From a virus (taxonomy: Duplodnaviria > Heunggongvirae > Uroviricota > Caudoviricetes): 39,433 nucleotides of DNA. How positions within the stretch are numbered: the stretch's first letter is position 1; each line of letters opens with the position of its first letter. Where the stretch lies: the IMG/VR virus record IMGVR_UViG_2597489870_000003; one strand, written 5' to 3'. Positions 16,270-25,901 of the stretch are shown piece by piece. Made by a program: the position numbers and the translations under genes. Below the pieces are notes generated by a model. The model was given only the letters and a program-made list of their open reading frames with translations, was not told the DNA's origin and did no database searches.

Positions 16270-17158
16270 TACGCCCACCTTCGCTGATGGTGAATGACTC
16301 ACAGCGCGCCGCCTGTATGTCGCTGATGGCCATATTCTGTGTGGGTTCGATTATCTCCACGCGTTGCACGCCGTGTACATGCAGTGCGGCAGCAATGGCG
16401 GACAACGCCACGTCCTGACCGATAAGCCCCTGTTCAGCCAGCCACTTCCTGAATGACGATTCCGCCGCGGCCAGAATAGGTTCGGATTCCGGGCCGGGGT
16501 AAAAGTACAGTTTTGCATTCAGCCGCCATGTCACGATTCTGGCGCTCTGTACCGTCAGGCGGTCGGCCACCGGGCGGGTATCCTCTGCATTCAGAACGGC
16601 GCGAACGGTATTAAGCAACGCCTCCGTTGCTGTGCCGTCGCCTTCAGTGGACAGAATGGAAACCGTCACATTTGCCGGAGACGGACTGATAGCCCGCGCA
16701 TCACGCACCAGACCGCTGGCGCTGCGGGCAAAATACTCGTATGCGCCTGACGGGCCAGCAACGCTCAGGCCGTCATACGCCCGTTGCGCCCGCAGTCTCA
16801 GCGAGGTGTCGCTCTCCATCACCGCGTCGGTGGTATCCGTTGCCGGAGTGATGGTCAGGCGCTTTGTGTTCATATTGCCCGCGAGGTTGTCCAGGTCTGT
16901 CCCGGCGCTGTGGCTTAACATGCAGGCGCGTGCCCCCTCATTGACCCGCTGGCGTAACAGCATTTCACGAAACGCTGTTGTCTGGGCGATAACGTTCAGG
17001 GGTTCCGATTCCAGCTCCAGCGCGGCGGAGACGGCTTCACGCTGTTCGGCGGGATAGGACGCAATCATCATGGCCTTTGTGTCAGCCAGAATTGCCTCAA
17101 AGTCAGGCTCCGCGATGATGGCGGGTTCCGGTAACTGGGAAAGGTCAACGGCAGGCAT
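16262..17158 (-). CDS. Baseplate protein (P2 gpJ-like)
   Basis: 298 aa; position and size match P2 J. Confidence 0.85.
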   Translation of the reverse strand: MPAVDLSQLPEPAIIAEPDFEAILADTKAMMIASYPAEQREAVSAALELESEPLNVIAQTTAFREMLLRQRVNEGARACMLSHSAGTDLDNLAGNMNTKRLTITPATDTTDAVMESDTSLRLRAQRAYDGLSVAGPSGAYEYFARSASGLVRDARAISPSPANVTVSILSTEGDGTATEALLNTVRAVLNAEDTRPVADRLTVQSARIVTWRLNAKLYFYPGPESEPILAAAESSFRKWLAEQGLIGQDVALSAIAAALHVHGVQRVEIIEPTQNMAISDIQAARCESFTISEGGRNE

Positions 17159-17161
17159 GAT

Positions 17162-17512
17162 TTACTCCCTCAGCGTGATGGTTAATTCAACATTCTGCAT
17201 GGTCTGCATGACAGTGCCCGACAGCGTCACCCCGGCGCGGCCTCCCGCTTTCCAGACAACGTCGATGGCATCCAGGGCAATGCGGGGTTCCCATCGTGTC
17301 AGCGCAATCACGGCAGCACTCATGCATTGCAGACGCGTGGTGTTATTCATGGGTTCGTCAATCAAATCAGGCACAAGGCTGCCATATTCCCGTCGCATAA
17401 CCCGGCTTGCCAGCGGGGTGGTCAGGATATCCCTGACTGACTGTTTCAGGTGCTCCATATCGTTCAGGTTTCCCGTCCCGTCCGGATTCATTCCTGTGTA
17501 GCGGGTTGTCAC
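17162..17512 (-). CDS. Baseplate wedge protein (P2 gpW-like, gp25-like)
   Basis: 116 aa; MTTRYTGMN... resembles the gpW N-terminus. Confidence 0.85.
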   Translation of the reverse strand: MTTRYTGMNPDGTGNLNDMEHLKQSVRDILTTPLASRVMRREYGSLVPDLIDEPMNNTTRLQCMSAAVIALTRWEPRIALDAIDVVWKAGGRAGVTLSGTVMQTMQNVELTITLRE

Positions 17513-18090
17513 TGCGGGCCTCCTGTCGAATCGCTGCCGCCTTTCACGCCACCGTGTTTATGCGTATGCACGGTAATGCCGTTTGAGGTGAAGTTGCCGC
17601 CGCTGTGCGTGATATTGCCGCTCATCTTTCCTCCTTTTGTGACGTCAAGCGTCGCCGTTCTCAGAAGGTCTGTGCATTCCACGACGGGCGTGTCCAGTGT
17701 CACGCTGACGGATGCCTGCAGGGTGGCTGTTTTCATGCCGCTGGCGCTCAGTGCGCCTGCGTCCGCGTCGTAGCGGAACACCGCGCCGTCCGGCGCGCTG
17801 ATCACGATTTCTTTCAGGCTTTTGCCGGGTGCCGGATTGGCATCACTCCACAGGCTGCCAATTATCATGGCGGTTTCCGGGTTGCCGCCAATGCAGGCAA
17901 TTACCACCTGTTCGCCGGGTGATGGCGGCAGCCACACATTGAAGGCTCCCGCGCGCGTGGTGTTCCAGCGCAACCAGCCTGTTTCCAGTTCGCCGCTGCG
18001 AACGCGCACGCGCCAGGACTTCTCATCAACTTCAGAGATGATCCCGGTGCGGATGATATTGCTCAGCAGTCGCATGAGTTCTGCGCTCAC
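17509..18090 (-). CDS. Baseplate spike protein (P2 gpV-like)
   Basis: 193 aa; conserved position and size. Confidence 0.85.
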   Translation of the reverse strand: MSAELMRLLSNIIRTGIISEVDEKSWRVRVRSGELETGWLRWNTTRAGAFNVWLPPSPGEQVVIACIGGNPETAMIIGSLWSDANPAPGKSLKEIVISAPDGAVFRYDADAGALSASGMKTATLQASVSVTLDTPVVECTDLLRTATLDVTKGGKMSGNITHSGGNFTSNGITVHTHKHGGVKGGSDSTGGPQ

Positions 18091-18731
18091 CGTACAGCCT
18101 CCGCAATCCGGCCCAGCACCGTGTTATAAATCAGGTGCTCATCTGCCTGGCTGATACCCAGCAGCTCACGTACCGGGTAATCGGTGAAAATGCCCGGCGC
18201 AACCTGATCGCGCTCACCGAACTGATGAACGCGGGCAATACGTGCGGCCACGCCGCTGTAACCCACCGTCACACCGGAAGCATCTGCACGGGCTTTCAGG
18301 TAGCGGGCGGTGCGCAGTTTTACGAACATGGGGACGCGCCTGGTGCTGTCCTGGTTGATGCGCCGGGTGCGTATTTCCAGAAAGCGGTCGATGTCATCCC
18401 GGTAAAACGTGCGGATATTGTTTTTATCCTCATCCCACCCGGTAATGGTTCGCCCGTATTTCCCCGTGTCGTGATGCCAGTTTTTCAGCGTGCGTGCTTC
18501 GTTATTCCAGATAAAGCGAATGCGTTCCTGTATCCGGGTTACGCGGCGTCTGCGTGGTGTCCACGCGGTCCCGTCCGGCGCTTTCTGTGACCGGATACGC
18601 GCCTGCTGGGCGCGGCGTAAATCCTGTGCCAGCTTTCTGGCGATGTTATTGATGGCCTGCTGATTCAGGCTGTCGCGGATGGCCTCAAAGGTTTCATCCA
18701 CGCGGGTGAATGCCTTATCCATCGCTTTCAC
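18087..18731 (-). CDS. Tail completion / virion morphogenesis protein (P2 gpS-like)
   Basis: C-terminal ARIARVHQFG...RELLGIS motif typical of gpS family; the N-terminal extent is uncertain. Confidence 0.75.
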   Translation of the reverse strand: MKAMDKAFTRVDETFEAIRDSLNQQAINNIARKLAQDLRRAQQARIRSQKAPDGTAWTPRRRRVTRIQERIRFIWNNEARTLKNWHHDTGKYGRTITGWDEDKNNIRTFYRDDIDRFLEIRTRRINQDSTRRVPMFVKLRTARYLKARADASGVTVGYSGVAARIARVHQFGERDQVAPGIFTDYPVRELLGISQADEHLIYNTVLGRIAEAVR

Positions 18732-19182
18732 CCCACGTCACATCCTGGAATACATGCGACCAGTCGCCTTCGGAAGAGGGCAGGCGGGGTTTTGGCTCCG
18801 GCAGGTGTTCTGCCTGCGGTGTGCCCTGACTGCTGCGCGTGATGCGAACGCGTTCCCGCAGGGGGAGCGTAAACAGGAGATCGGCGCTGTCATCGTCATT
18901 GATAACGGCGGAGAATTTGATGTCCTGATTACGCTCAGGGTTGAGCAACAACTGTGGCTGATTTTCGGATAACCACGCCAGCAGCGGCAGCGTGAGGTCG
19001 TCCAGCTCCCCGGCGTAATCCATGACAAACATCACCATCTGATAGCGGTAAGCAAACGAGGGCGTTTCTCCGGTCGTTTCAATGTTGCCGCTCTCCACGA
19101 AAATGGTGAATTTTTCCGGGTTGGCCTGACACCATCGGCATGAACGGGTCATGGCTTCACGCAGGGAATCAGTTTTCAGCAT
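18715..19182 (-). CDS. Tail completion protein (P2 gpR-like)
   Basis: 155 aa, same size as P2 R; conserved position. Confidence 0.8.
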   Translation of the reverse strand: MLKTDSLREAMTRSCRWCQANPEKFTIFVESGNIETTGETPSFAYRYQMVMFVMDYAGELDDLTLPLLAWLSENQPQLLLNPERNQDIKFSAVINDDDSADLLFTLPLRERVRITRSSQGTPQAEHLPEPKPRLPSSEGDWSHVFQDVTWGESDG

Positions 19183-19459
19183 GGTTGTTGTCCTCGTTGT
19201 TCAGTCGTTGCAGCCTGCGCTGTTCCAGTAATTCAATGGCCCGTTTATCCGCGTTACAGGTTTCCAGTGCATCCAGAAGGCGGTCGCCCCATATACCGAG
19301 ATTTCCCCATGTGGGAGTGTCAGGGAAGGGGGGAGGCGTTACCGGTATGGTCAGCGTCTGCGGTATAAGCCGGACTGACGGCGCTGGCCGTGGCGCGTTC
19401 TGCGTGCCTGCGCAACCTGTCAGTAAAACGAGCGTCAGGCAAAGCGTGGGCGCATTCAT
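19169..19459 (-). CDS. Outer-membrane spanin lipoprotein (LysC/Rz1-like), embedded in the lysB reading frame region
   Basis: MNAPTLCLTLVLLTGCAG lipobox signal followed by Pro-rich segment; out-of-frame overlap with the i-spanin gene. Confidence 0.7.
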   Translation of the reverse strand: MNAPTLCLTLVLLTGCAGTQNAPRPAPSVRLIPQTLTIPVTPPPFPDTPTWGNLGIWGDRLLDALETCNADKRAIELLEQRRLQRLNNEDNNHAEN

Positions 19460-19727
19460 CTTTTGCAATATCGTTGCGTAGCTGTTCACGTCTGGCCTCT
19501 CCGTCCTGATTGCGTTGCTGATTTTCCGCGCGGAGTTGTGCCAGCACCTGCTGCATATCCTGTACCCCGGCGCTGATGATATTCAGGGTGTCGACGGTAC
19601 TTTTCAGGGTGCTGGCCTGCGCTTCGTTTCTGGCGTTCTCCCGGCCCAGTGACCACGACAGACGCATGGATGCTCCCCAGGCGGCAATCAGAAGAAAAGC
19701 GACGCCCAGCGTGGGCCAGAGCTTCAT
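19320..19727 (-). CDS. Inner-membrane spanin (LysB/Rz-like)
   Basis: N-terminal TM helix (MKLWPTLGVAFLLIAAWG) followed by a charged coiled-coil region; start inferred inside the longer track ORF. Confidence 0.7.
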   Translation of the reverse strand: MKLWPTLGVAFLLIAAWGASMRLSWSLGRENARNEAQASTLKSTVDTLNIISAGVQDMQQVLAQLRAENQQRNQDGEARREQLRNDIAKDECAHALPDARFTDRLRRHAERATASAVSPAYTADADHTGNASPLP

Positions 19728-20116
19728 GCCGGATAAACTCCGTACGGTAACTGAAAATGCGGTCCGTCTTTCAGGGTCTTCCAGTCGCCGCCCCATTCCA
19801 CCGGAATATTCAGTTCCCGGCTGGCCTGTCTGAATGCTGCTGCGATTTTTTCGTACAGCGGCCATTCCCATGACACCTGGCTGCCGATATAAGCCACAAC
19901 ATCCACGGCATGCCCCGTAAGGTGGCGGCTGTTCATGGTCTGGCTCTTACCCGTGGCCACAAGTTGCTTCTGGCGGTAACGGCTGCGCAACCCTTCGGTG
20001 ATACCAAAATCCACTTCCGAGATTTCCAGTGCCCGTCGGGTCACTTTCACCAGATTAGGATTTACGCCCTGCAAATTCTTTTCGCTCCGGCTGCTGAATT
20101 TAAATGTGTTGCTCAT
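19724..20116 (-). CDS. Endolysin, peptidase M15-like (L-alanyl-D-glutamate / D-Ala-D-Ala peptidase family)
   Basis: 130 aa in the lysis cassette; SRHLTGHAVDV and downstream W/D motifs resemble M15 zinc peptidases. Confidence 0.7.
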   Translation of the reverse strand: MSNTFKFSSRSEKNLQGVNPNLVKVTRRALEISEVDFGITEGLRSRYRQKQLVATGKSQTMNSRHLTGHAVDVVAYIGSQVSWEWPLYEKIAAAFRQASRELNIPVEWGGDWKTLKDGPHFQLPYGVYPA

Positions 20117-20436
20117 TCGTCCTTCTCCTTCACCCTGCGATTAAAGGCCGCAATAACCTTGTCGCGTGCTTTCTCTGCACCCATAAAACCGATTGATGCG
20201 CCGATAAACGTCACGGCATCTTCAGGAAACCCGAAGAAGCGCAACGACCCGGCCACGGCCATGGCAAGAACGCCGCACGCCAGCGATCCCGTTACGGTCT
20301 GAACCAGTGTTCGTCCGTCATAAAGACTCATCAGCGCGGAAATGCTGACCGCCGCGCCTACTGCATACACCGTTGGCAGGTGGTCAAAGAGCCACGCAAT
20401 AACCTGCTCTGTGATCCCTGTTTGAATGGTGCTCAC
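20113..20436 (-). CDS. Holin (P2 gpY-like position)
   Basis: About 107 aa with three hydrophobic segments; GTG start 2 nt after the gpX stop, GGGGGA Shine-Dalgarno; the track ORF N-terminal extension is rejected. Confidence 0.65.
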   Translation of the reverse strand: MSTIQTGITEQVIAWLFDHLPTVYAVGAAVSISALMSLYDGRTLVQTVTGSLACGVLAMAVAGSLRFFGFPEDAVTFIGASIGFMGAEKARDKVIAAFNRRVKEKDE

Positions 20437-20438
20437 TG

Positions 20439-20639
20439 CTACTCCCCCCACAACTGAATCATTTCTCGTTTCTTCTTCTCCGGCTCTGGCATCTCCACGT
20501 CCTGCCCGGCGTCCAGAAATACCTGCTGGCAGAGTCCGGGGTTGGCATCCAGCACCTTTTCGGTGACGCCCTGCGTCGTGCCGTAGTACCGGAAACAGAG
20601 CGAATCCACGGTGTCGCCTTCCAGTGCCTTTACTTTCAT
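20439..20639 (-). CDS. Tail protein X (P2 gpX-like, LysM-type)
   Basis: MKVKALEGDTVDSLCFRYYG... matches the gpX N-terminus. Confidence 0.85.
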   Translation of the reverse strand: MKVKALEGDTVDSLCFRYYGTTQGVTEKVLDANPGLCQQVFLDAGQDVEMPEPEKKKREMIQLWGE

Positions 20640-21133
20640 CAGCACAACTCCGCAAAGATTCGCGGGCGGCACAGAATGTCAGAGATGGCCCAGCTCACAT
20701 CACGCCACAAATCCGATGTCTGTATATCCAGTGCGTCCGCCCTGCGGTCGCCCTTGTCCGTTGTGTCCGCATCGCGGTAACGCTCCAGAATCAGGGCGCG
20801 TGTGGCGGTATAAACAGCATTGCGCCAGTGCCAGAGATTGACGCTTTCTCCGTTAATTACGGATGCCGGAACATCGGCCAGCGTCAGATGGCCAGCCGCC
20901 TGCTGTTCCTGCTGCCACGCTTCCAGCTCGCGGGTAACGTGTGCCACTGCCCCGGTGGCGGTATGCAGCAGGCGGGAGGTGGTCACACGGCCCGGCAGTC
21001 GTATCGCCAGACGCAGCTCACGCAGCACAATATCCGGCCAGAATGCACCCGCTGAAATACGGGTATCACCATCATCGGTATCGGTGATGTCGTCCTCTGC
21101 GGGTCTTGGTTCAGTTCTGGCAACCATACTCAT
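20639..21133 (-). CDS. Head completion / stabilisation protein (P2 gpL-like)
   Basis: 164 aa; conserved position after terminase small subunit gene. Confidence 0.8.
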   Translation of the reverse strand: MSMVARTEPRPAEDDITDTDDGDTRISAGAFWPDIVLRELRLAIRLPGRVTTSRLLHTATGAVAHVTRELEAWQQEQQAAGHLTLADVPASVINGESVNLWHWRNAVYTATRALILERYRDADTTDKGDRRADALDIQTSDLWRDVSWAISDILCRPRIFAELC

Positions 21134-21236
21134 GGGGGTTCACTCCTGAAAAAAATCGGGCGGTGGGTGCGCGGTGTAAACGGTCACGGAGTCAAACCGG
21201 AACACCGCGCACGCCGCCCGCTGACGGGGTCAGTCG

Positions 21237-22037
21237 TTAACCGCGCTTCGCCTTCTGCGTCGCGGTGGTTTTTCGTGTTGCAGGCTTCCGCGTTGTCTTT
21301 TTACTTTTGCTGCTTTCGTCCTGCGCCTGCGGTGTGCTGGCATCTTCTGGTGCGGCTGCGGAATCGGCTTTTTTCAGGGCGCGGGAAAGGGTTGCAATCT
21401 CGCGTTTCACACCTGCGTTCGGGTTCAGGTGCATCGCTTCGCGCAGCAGCTTCAGTGATGAGGCCATGCTGTCCGCATCGGTCAGGCCACGGCGGGCAAA
21501 GGCGCACGCTTTGCATAATTTGGCGCGCACTTCGTCCGGCATGTCCTGGTCGGTGACAATCTCCCGGAGGGTGTCCAGTGGTTCGATAAAGGCGGACAAA
21601 TCCGCGTCGGCATCCGTCCCGGCCTGCGTCAGTACCGGATTACAGATTTCTTCGGTCAGTACCGTGGCAGCAGTACGGCCAAAGTTATCCGGCATGATGA
21701 GGTTGTGATGGACCACATACGCGCCGATACGCAGCGCAAGCGGAAGATCGCCACAGTCAATCGCCCACACCATCAGCGTGGCAATCACTTCATCCTGCTG
21801 CCCGCCGTCAGCCTCCAGCGTTCCCTCAATCCAGCCGGAAAAATCCGGCAACAACTCTTTTTTGATGGCGGCTTTCGCGCTTCTGGCCTGTACGCCCTTA
21901 AGCCGGGCTTGTGCCAGACGCAGACGATACAGCACCTCTTCATGCGCGGTACGCGCGGCATGGTCCACGCCTTCATTCGCCCGGCCTGCGCGCTGTGCCA
22001 TCACGTTCTGCCAGTGTTGCTGTGCAGGAGTAATCAT
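21237..22037 (-). CDS. Terminase small (endonuclease) subunit (P2 gpM-like)
   Basis: 266 aa; conserved position; basic Lys/Thr-rich C-terminal tail. Confidence 0.8.
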   Translation of the reverse strand: MITPAQQHWQNVMAQRAGRANEGVDHAARTAHEEVLYRLRLAQARLKGVQARSAKAAIKKELLPDFSGWIEGTLEADGGQQDEVIATLMVWAIDCGDLPLALRIGAYVVHHNLIMPDNFGRTAATVLTEEICNPVLTQAGTDADADLSAFIEPLDTLREIVTDQDMPDEVRAKLCKACAFARRGLTDADSMASSLKLLREAMHLNPNAGVKREIATLSRALKKADSAAAPEDASTPQAQDESSKSKKTTRKPATRKTTATQKAKRG

Positions 22038-22082
22038 TTTTTCTCTCCGTTACAGGCGGGCATGATGCCCGCCGTGAGTTGA

Positions 22083-23135
22083 TTAGCTGTCGGCGAACTT
22101 CAGGCCAGTGACCATCGCGCACTTGCCATAGTCTTCAACGACATAAGCGTCATTGATGGACTGGTAGGTGGCGATGCGGTTGTATTCCGGTTCGTCTTTC
22201 ATCAGACGACGCATTGAACCTTTCTGCCAGTAAATCGACAGGTTGTTGAACGAGGTGATCAGCATCGTTGAATCCGGGAAGAACGGCGCAAGGAACACGC
22301 CCAGCCCGCCAATGGTGCGCGATGACAGAATGAGCTGCCCGGCGAGTAATTCCGCATTAGGATTCTGGCCGCTGATGCTGTTCAGCACGGGCAGACGCAG
22401 CGAGTTAAACAGGTTGCGCCCCATAATCACCACGAGGTCGTCAGCTTCCTTGTGCCATTCATCCAGCAGGGATGAGCGCGCGTCCTGTACCAGTGCATCA
22501 GCGTTCGCATACTTACCCGCGTGCGCCACGGTGTTGTCCATGTTACGGGAGGTCAGCGTCACGTCATTCATAACGCGTTCGCTGGCGTCGGTTCTGATGT
22601 GCTCCAGCCACCCCACGTTAACGTCCTGAAGCAACTTGTTGGTGCTGAAGTTGGACTCATCCGCGTGAGACGTGCCGTTGAAACCGATCATGATGCGGTC
22701 AAGTGCCACCTGTCGGGCAATCTGTGCGCTGATGCGGGACTGAAAATCAGGGTGTGCCGCCCAGGCATCAAGCTGCGGATATGAAATAAACGTGTCGTAG
22801 TTCACCTGTTCGCACTGGTATTTGCGGTTTTTCAGATCAACCACATTATTCGGGTTACGGCGTTTTGTGCCGTCATAACTGGTATTCGTGCGCGCAATCG
22901 GCCCGGTGGTATCCAGGAGGATTTTTTCGCCTTTCTGGTCGGTCACGCCGATCACGTTAATTCTTTTTGTAAATTCGGTGCTTTCCTTTGAGGCGTTTTC
23001 AAAACGCTGCTGTACCGAGGGTTCCACGGTAAATCGCGATACCAGTGCGGAAACCGGGATATTGTTAAGCGACGCCTGCTGCGCCATATAGCAACCCAGC
23101 TTGTTGCGGGTAATATCTGACATCACCAGATTCAT
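22083..23135 (-). CDS. Major capsid protein (P2 gpN-like)
   Basis: 350 aa; matches P2 N in size and in motifs (NGT, VGWL, ADALV.DA, LS.YWQ). Confidence 0.9.
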   Translation of the reverse strand: MNLVMSDITRNKLGCYMAQQASLNNIPVSALVSRFTVEPSVQQRFENASKESTEFTKRINVIGVTDQKGEKILLDTTGPIARTNTSYDGTKRRNPNNVVDLKNRKYQCEQVNYDTFISYPQLDAWAAHPDFQSRISAQIARQVALDRIMIGFNGTSHADESNFSTNKLLQDVNVGWLEHIRTDASERVMNDVTLTSRNMDNTVAHAGKYANADALVQDARSSLLDEWHKEADDLVVIMGRNLFNSLRLPVLNSISGQNPNAELLAGQLILSSRTIGGLGVFLAPFFPDSTMLITSFNNLSIYWQKGSMRRLMKDEPEYNRIATYQSINDAYVVEDYGKCAMVTGLKFADS

Positions 23136-23158
23136 AAAAAATTTGCTCCTTTGTCTTA

Positions 23159-24028
23159 TCAGAAGTCAGCCAGCTGGTCGGAGGCTGCGCCCGTTGCGGT
23201 GAACCGGTTCTGCGGATCGCCGTCCTGCGTGCGCAGTTTTTCCTTCAGTGCTGTCAGCTCTGTGGTCAGTGACGTGATTTTCTGGCGGTCCTGCTGATGG
23301 CGGGTTTCCAGCACATTAAAACGGTCGATAATGTCGGCCTGTGACGTTGCGACGCCTTCCACCGCTTCCTGAATACGGGAAAAACTGGCGTCATCCGCTT
23401 TGCGGCCACGACCAATAATCCCCATTACGCGGTTAAACCACTGGGTGCCTTCTTCCTGGCGTTGTTCTGCCATTTCGATGATTTCAGACTCGATGGCTTC
23501 GGAGATAAGCGGTGCTTCACCCTGGATACTGTTGAACGTCATCACCGCCTGACGTTGCTGTGCCGTGAATTTCAGGCGCTCAGTGCCCAGGCTTGCCGGG
23601 GTGTCGGTCATCGCCAGCCCGACCAGATAGGCGCGCCCGTTAACGGAGAACTGCGGGTGCAGTTCGATACTGGAATAGATTTTCTTGCCGTCAGCGACAA
23701 GCTGCTTCATGCGCTCGGTCGGTTCGATTTCTGCATACAGCGCAGTACGTCCGGCCAGCGGGCCTTCCGTAATATCTTCCGTACTCAGCGCGGTGACATC
23801 GCCCATTGCGGAAAATTCGCTTGACGGGCATGGCGAGAGATAGTGCTCAACGTTCACGCGGGCAGCGTAAACATCCGGGTTGAAGTTCTCGGCGGCTTCA
23901 CGCAGATGTACCGGGCTGATTTCGCGGCCATCAACAGTTGATCCGGAGACAGCCACGCGAAACTTTTTGCGGGATGTCTTTTTTTCATTAGCCATAGTTT
24001 TTGCCCCTCTGACTGGTTCTTCAGTCAT
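23159..24028 (-). CDS. Capsid scaffolding protein (P2 gpO-like)
   Basis: 289 aa; conserved position upstream of the capsid gene. Confidence 0.88.
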   Translation of the reverse strand: MTEEPVRGAKTMANEKKTSRKKFRVAVSGSTVDGREISPVHLREAAENFNPDVYAARVNVEHYLSPCPSSEFSAMGDVTALSTEDITEGPLAGRTALYAEIEPTERMKQLVADGKKIYSSIELHPQFSVNGRAYLVGLAMTDTPASLGTERLKFTAQQRQAVMTFNSIQGEAPLISEAIESEIIEMAEQRQEEGTQWFNRVMGIIGRGRKADDASFSRIQEAVEGVATSQADIIDRFNVLETRHQQDRQKITSLTTELTALKEKLRTQDGDPQNRFTATGAASDQLADF

Positions 24029-24149
24029 GATGGCAAAGCGTAACAGGCTGATACAAAGGGCTTTTGTTGTAAGAAAACGGCCAGAACAGGGGGTTAAGGA
24101 GAAAGGTTTCGCGCGCGGGTAATCTTCCTGTAATTACTCAGGGGGAGCA
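24029..24149. promoter_or_regulatory. Divergent late promoter region between O (-) and P (+)
   Basis: 121-bp gap between divergent late operons as in P2; exact promoter elements not resolved. Confidence 0.4.
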
Positions 24150-25901
24150 ATGATTCAGGACGCTTTTGTGCGCCAGCGTGCGCGGCAACTTTACTGGCAG
24201 GGTTATCCGCCCGCAGAAATATCACGTCTGATGGGAATAAACCCGAACACGGTTTATGCGTGGAAAAAACGCGACCAGTGGGATGAAACGCCACCCGTGC
24301 AGCGTGTCACGCAGTCCATCGATGCGCGCCTCATCCAGCTTACTGAAAAACAGAATAAAACAGGCGGTGACTTTAAGGAAATAGACCTGCTGACCCGGCA
24401 GCTTAAAAAGCTGCATGATGGCCAGCCGGATGTGATGGCCGCAGGAAAGAAAGGCCGGGCGAAAAAACTCAAAAATCATTTCACGCCGGAACAGATTGCC
24501 GCACTGCGGGAAAAAATCATCAGCAGGCTGGAGTGGCATCAGCGGGGCTGGTTTGACTCCCTGACACTTTGCAGGGAAGCCGGGATACGTAACAGGATGA
24601 TCCTGAAATCCCGACAGATTGGGGCGACCTGGTATTTTGCACAGGAAGCTCTGCTGATGGCGCTGCGTGACGATGTGGCGCAACCTTACCAGCGTAACCA
24701 GATTTTTTTGTCTGCGTCGCGTCGTCAGGCGTTCCAGTTCAAAAGCATTATTCAGAAGGCCGCGGCTGAAGTTGATGTGGAGCTGAAAGGGGGCGATAAA
24801 ATCATCCTCTCCAACGGCGCAGAGCTACATTTTCTCGGCACTTCTGCTGCGTCGGCACAGTCCTATACGGGCAATTTTTATTTTGATGAATTTTTCTGGG
24901 TCAGTCGCTTTGCTGAACTGCGCAAGGTGGCTGGCGCTATGGCAACCCTCAGCGGACTGCGGCGCACCTACTTCTCCACGCCATCCACCGAAACGCACGA
25001 GGCATACGCCTACTGGAACGGCGACCGCTGGAACGAGAAAAAGGCCACGCATAAACGCCAGCGTTTTTCTGTGGACTGGAAAACGCTGCATAACGGGCTT
25101 ATCTGCCCTGACCGGACGTGGCGGCAAATTGTCACGCTGGAAGATGTGGTTAATCACGGCTGGAAACACACCGATATTGACGAAATTCGTGATGAAAACA
25201 CCGAAGACGAGTTCCGCAATCTCTATATGTGTGAGTTTGTCCGCGAAGGGGAATCGGCATTTAACCTGAATATCCTGATTGGCTGCGGTGTTGACGGATA
25301 CGACGACTGGAAAGACTGGAAACCTTTTGCTCCCCGCCCGATGGGGAATCGTCCGGTATGGATTGGGTATGACGCAAACGGCAGCAGTGGCAACGGCGAC
25401 AGCGGCGCTGTGTCCGTGGTGGTTCCTCCGGCTGTTCCTGGTGGCCGTTTTCGAACGGTGGAGACGCGACGCGTTCAGGGGCTGGAGTTTGAAGAACAGG
25501 CCAGAGTCATTGAAGAGTTCACGTGTCGCTACAACGTGGAACACATCGGCATTGATGTGACGGGCGGGAACGGGGAGGCTGTTTATCAGATAGTGAAACG
25601 GTTTTTCCCTGCTGCTATTCCGTACACCTTCACGCTGTCATCAAAACGGTCGCTGGTACTGAAAATGCTGCAAATAATGCGTGCCGGGCGGTGGGAATAC
25701 GATCGCGCCGAACGCGAGCTGGTCGCGGCCTTTAACGCCGTGCGTAAGGTGAAAACACCGGGCGGCTTTATCACTTACGAAACGGACCGTGCGAGGGGGA
25801 TCAGCCACGGCGACCTTGCGTGGGCAACCATGCTTGCTGTCATTAACGAACCAATTGGCGGCGAAGGAGAAAACGAGCGTTTTACGGTTATGGAGTTCTG
25901 A
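24150..25901 (+). CDS. Terminase large (ATPase) subunit (P2 gpP-like)
   Basis: 583 aa; conserved size and position. Confidence 0.9.
   Translation: MIQDAFVRQRARQLYWQGYPPAEISRLMGINPNTVYAWKKRDQWDETPPVQRVTQSIDARLIQLTEKQNKTGGDFKEIDLLTRQLKKLHDGQPDVMAAGKKGRAKKLKNHFTPEQIAALREKIISRLEWHQRGWFDSLTLCREAGIRNRMILKSRQIGATWYFAQEALLMALRDDVAQPYQRNQIFLSASRRQAFQFKSIIQKAAAEVDVELKGGDKIILSNGAELHFLGTSAASAQSYTGNFYFDEFFWVSRFAELRKVAGAMATLSGLRRTYFSTPSTETHEAYAYWNGDRWNEKKATHKRQRFSVDWKTLHNGLICPDRTWRQIVTLEDVVNHGWKHTDIDEIRDENTEDEFRNLYMCEFVREGESAFNLNILIGCGVDGYDDWKDWKPFAPRPMGNRPVWIGYDANGSSGNGDSGAVSVVVPPAVPGGRFRTVETRRVQGLEFEEQARVIEEFTCRYNVEHIGIDVTGGNGEAVYQIVKRFFPAAIPYTFTLSSKRSLVLKMLQIMRAGRWEYDRAERELVAAFNAVRKVKTPGGFITYETDRARGISHGDLAWATMLAVINEPIGGEGENERFTVMEF

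Noticed and set aside
20113-20655. 180-aa track ORF as a single long gene
   Set aside because: The N-terminal 73 codons are Arg/Gly-rich and overlap gpX in another frame; the holin most plausibly starts at the GTG at 20436
24029-24149. Ogr-dependent late promoter boxes (TGT-N12-ACA) in the late intergenic regions
   Set aside because: Scanned here and in 4987-5143 but found only imperfect spacing (TGT-N15-ACA); not called as specific sites
24825-25544. 239-aa minus-strand ORF antisense to the terminase large-subunit gene
   Set aside because: Entirely within and antisense to the conserved terminase gene; no independent support
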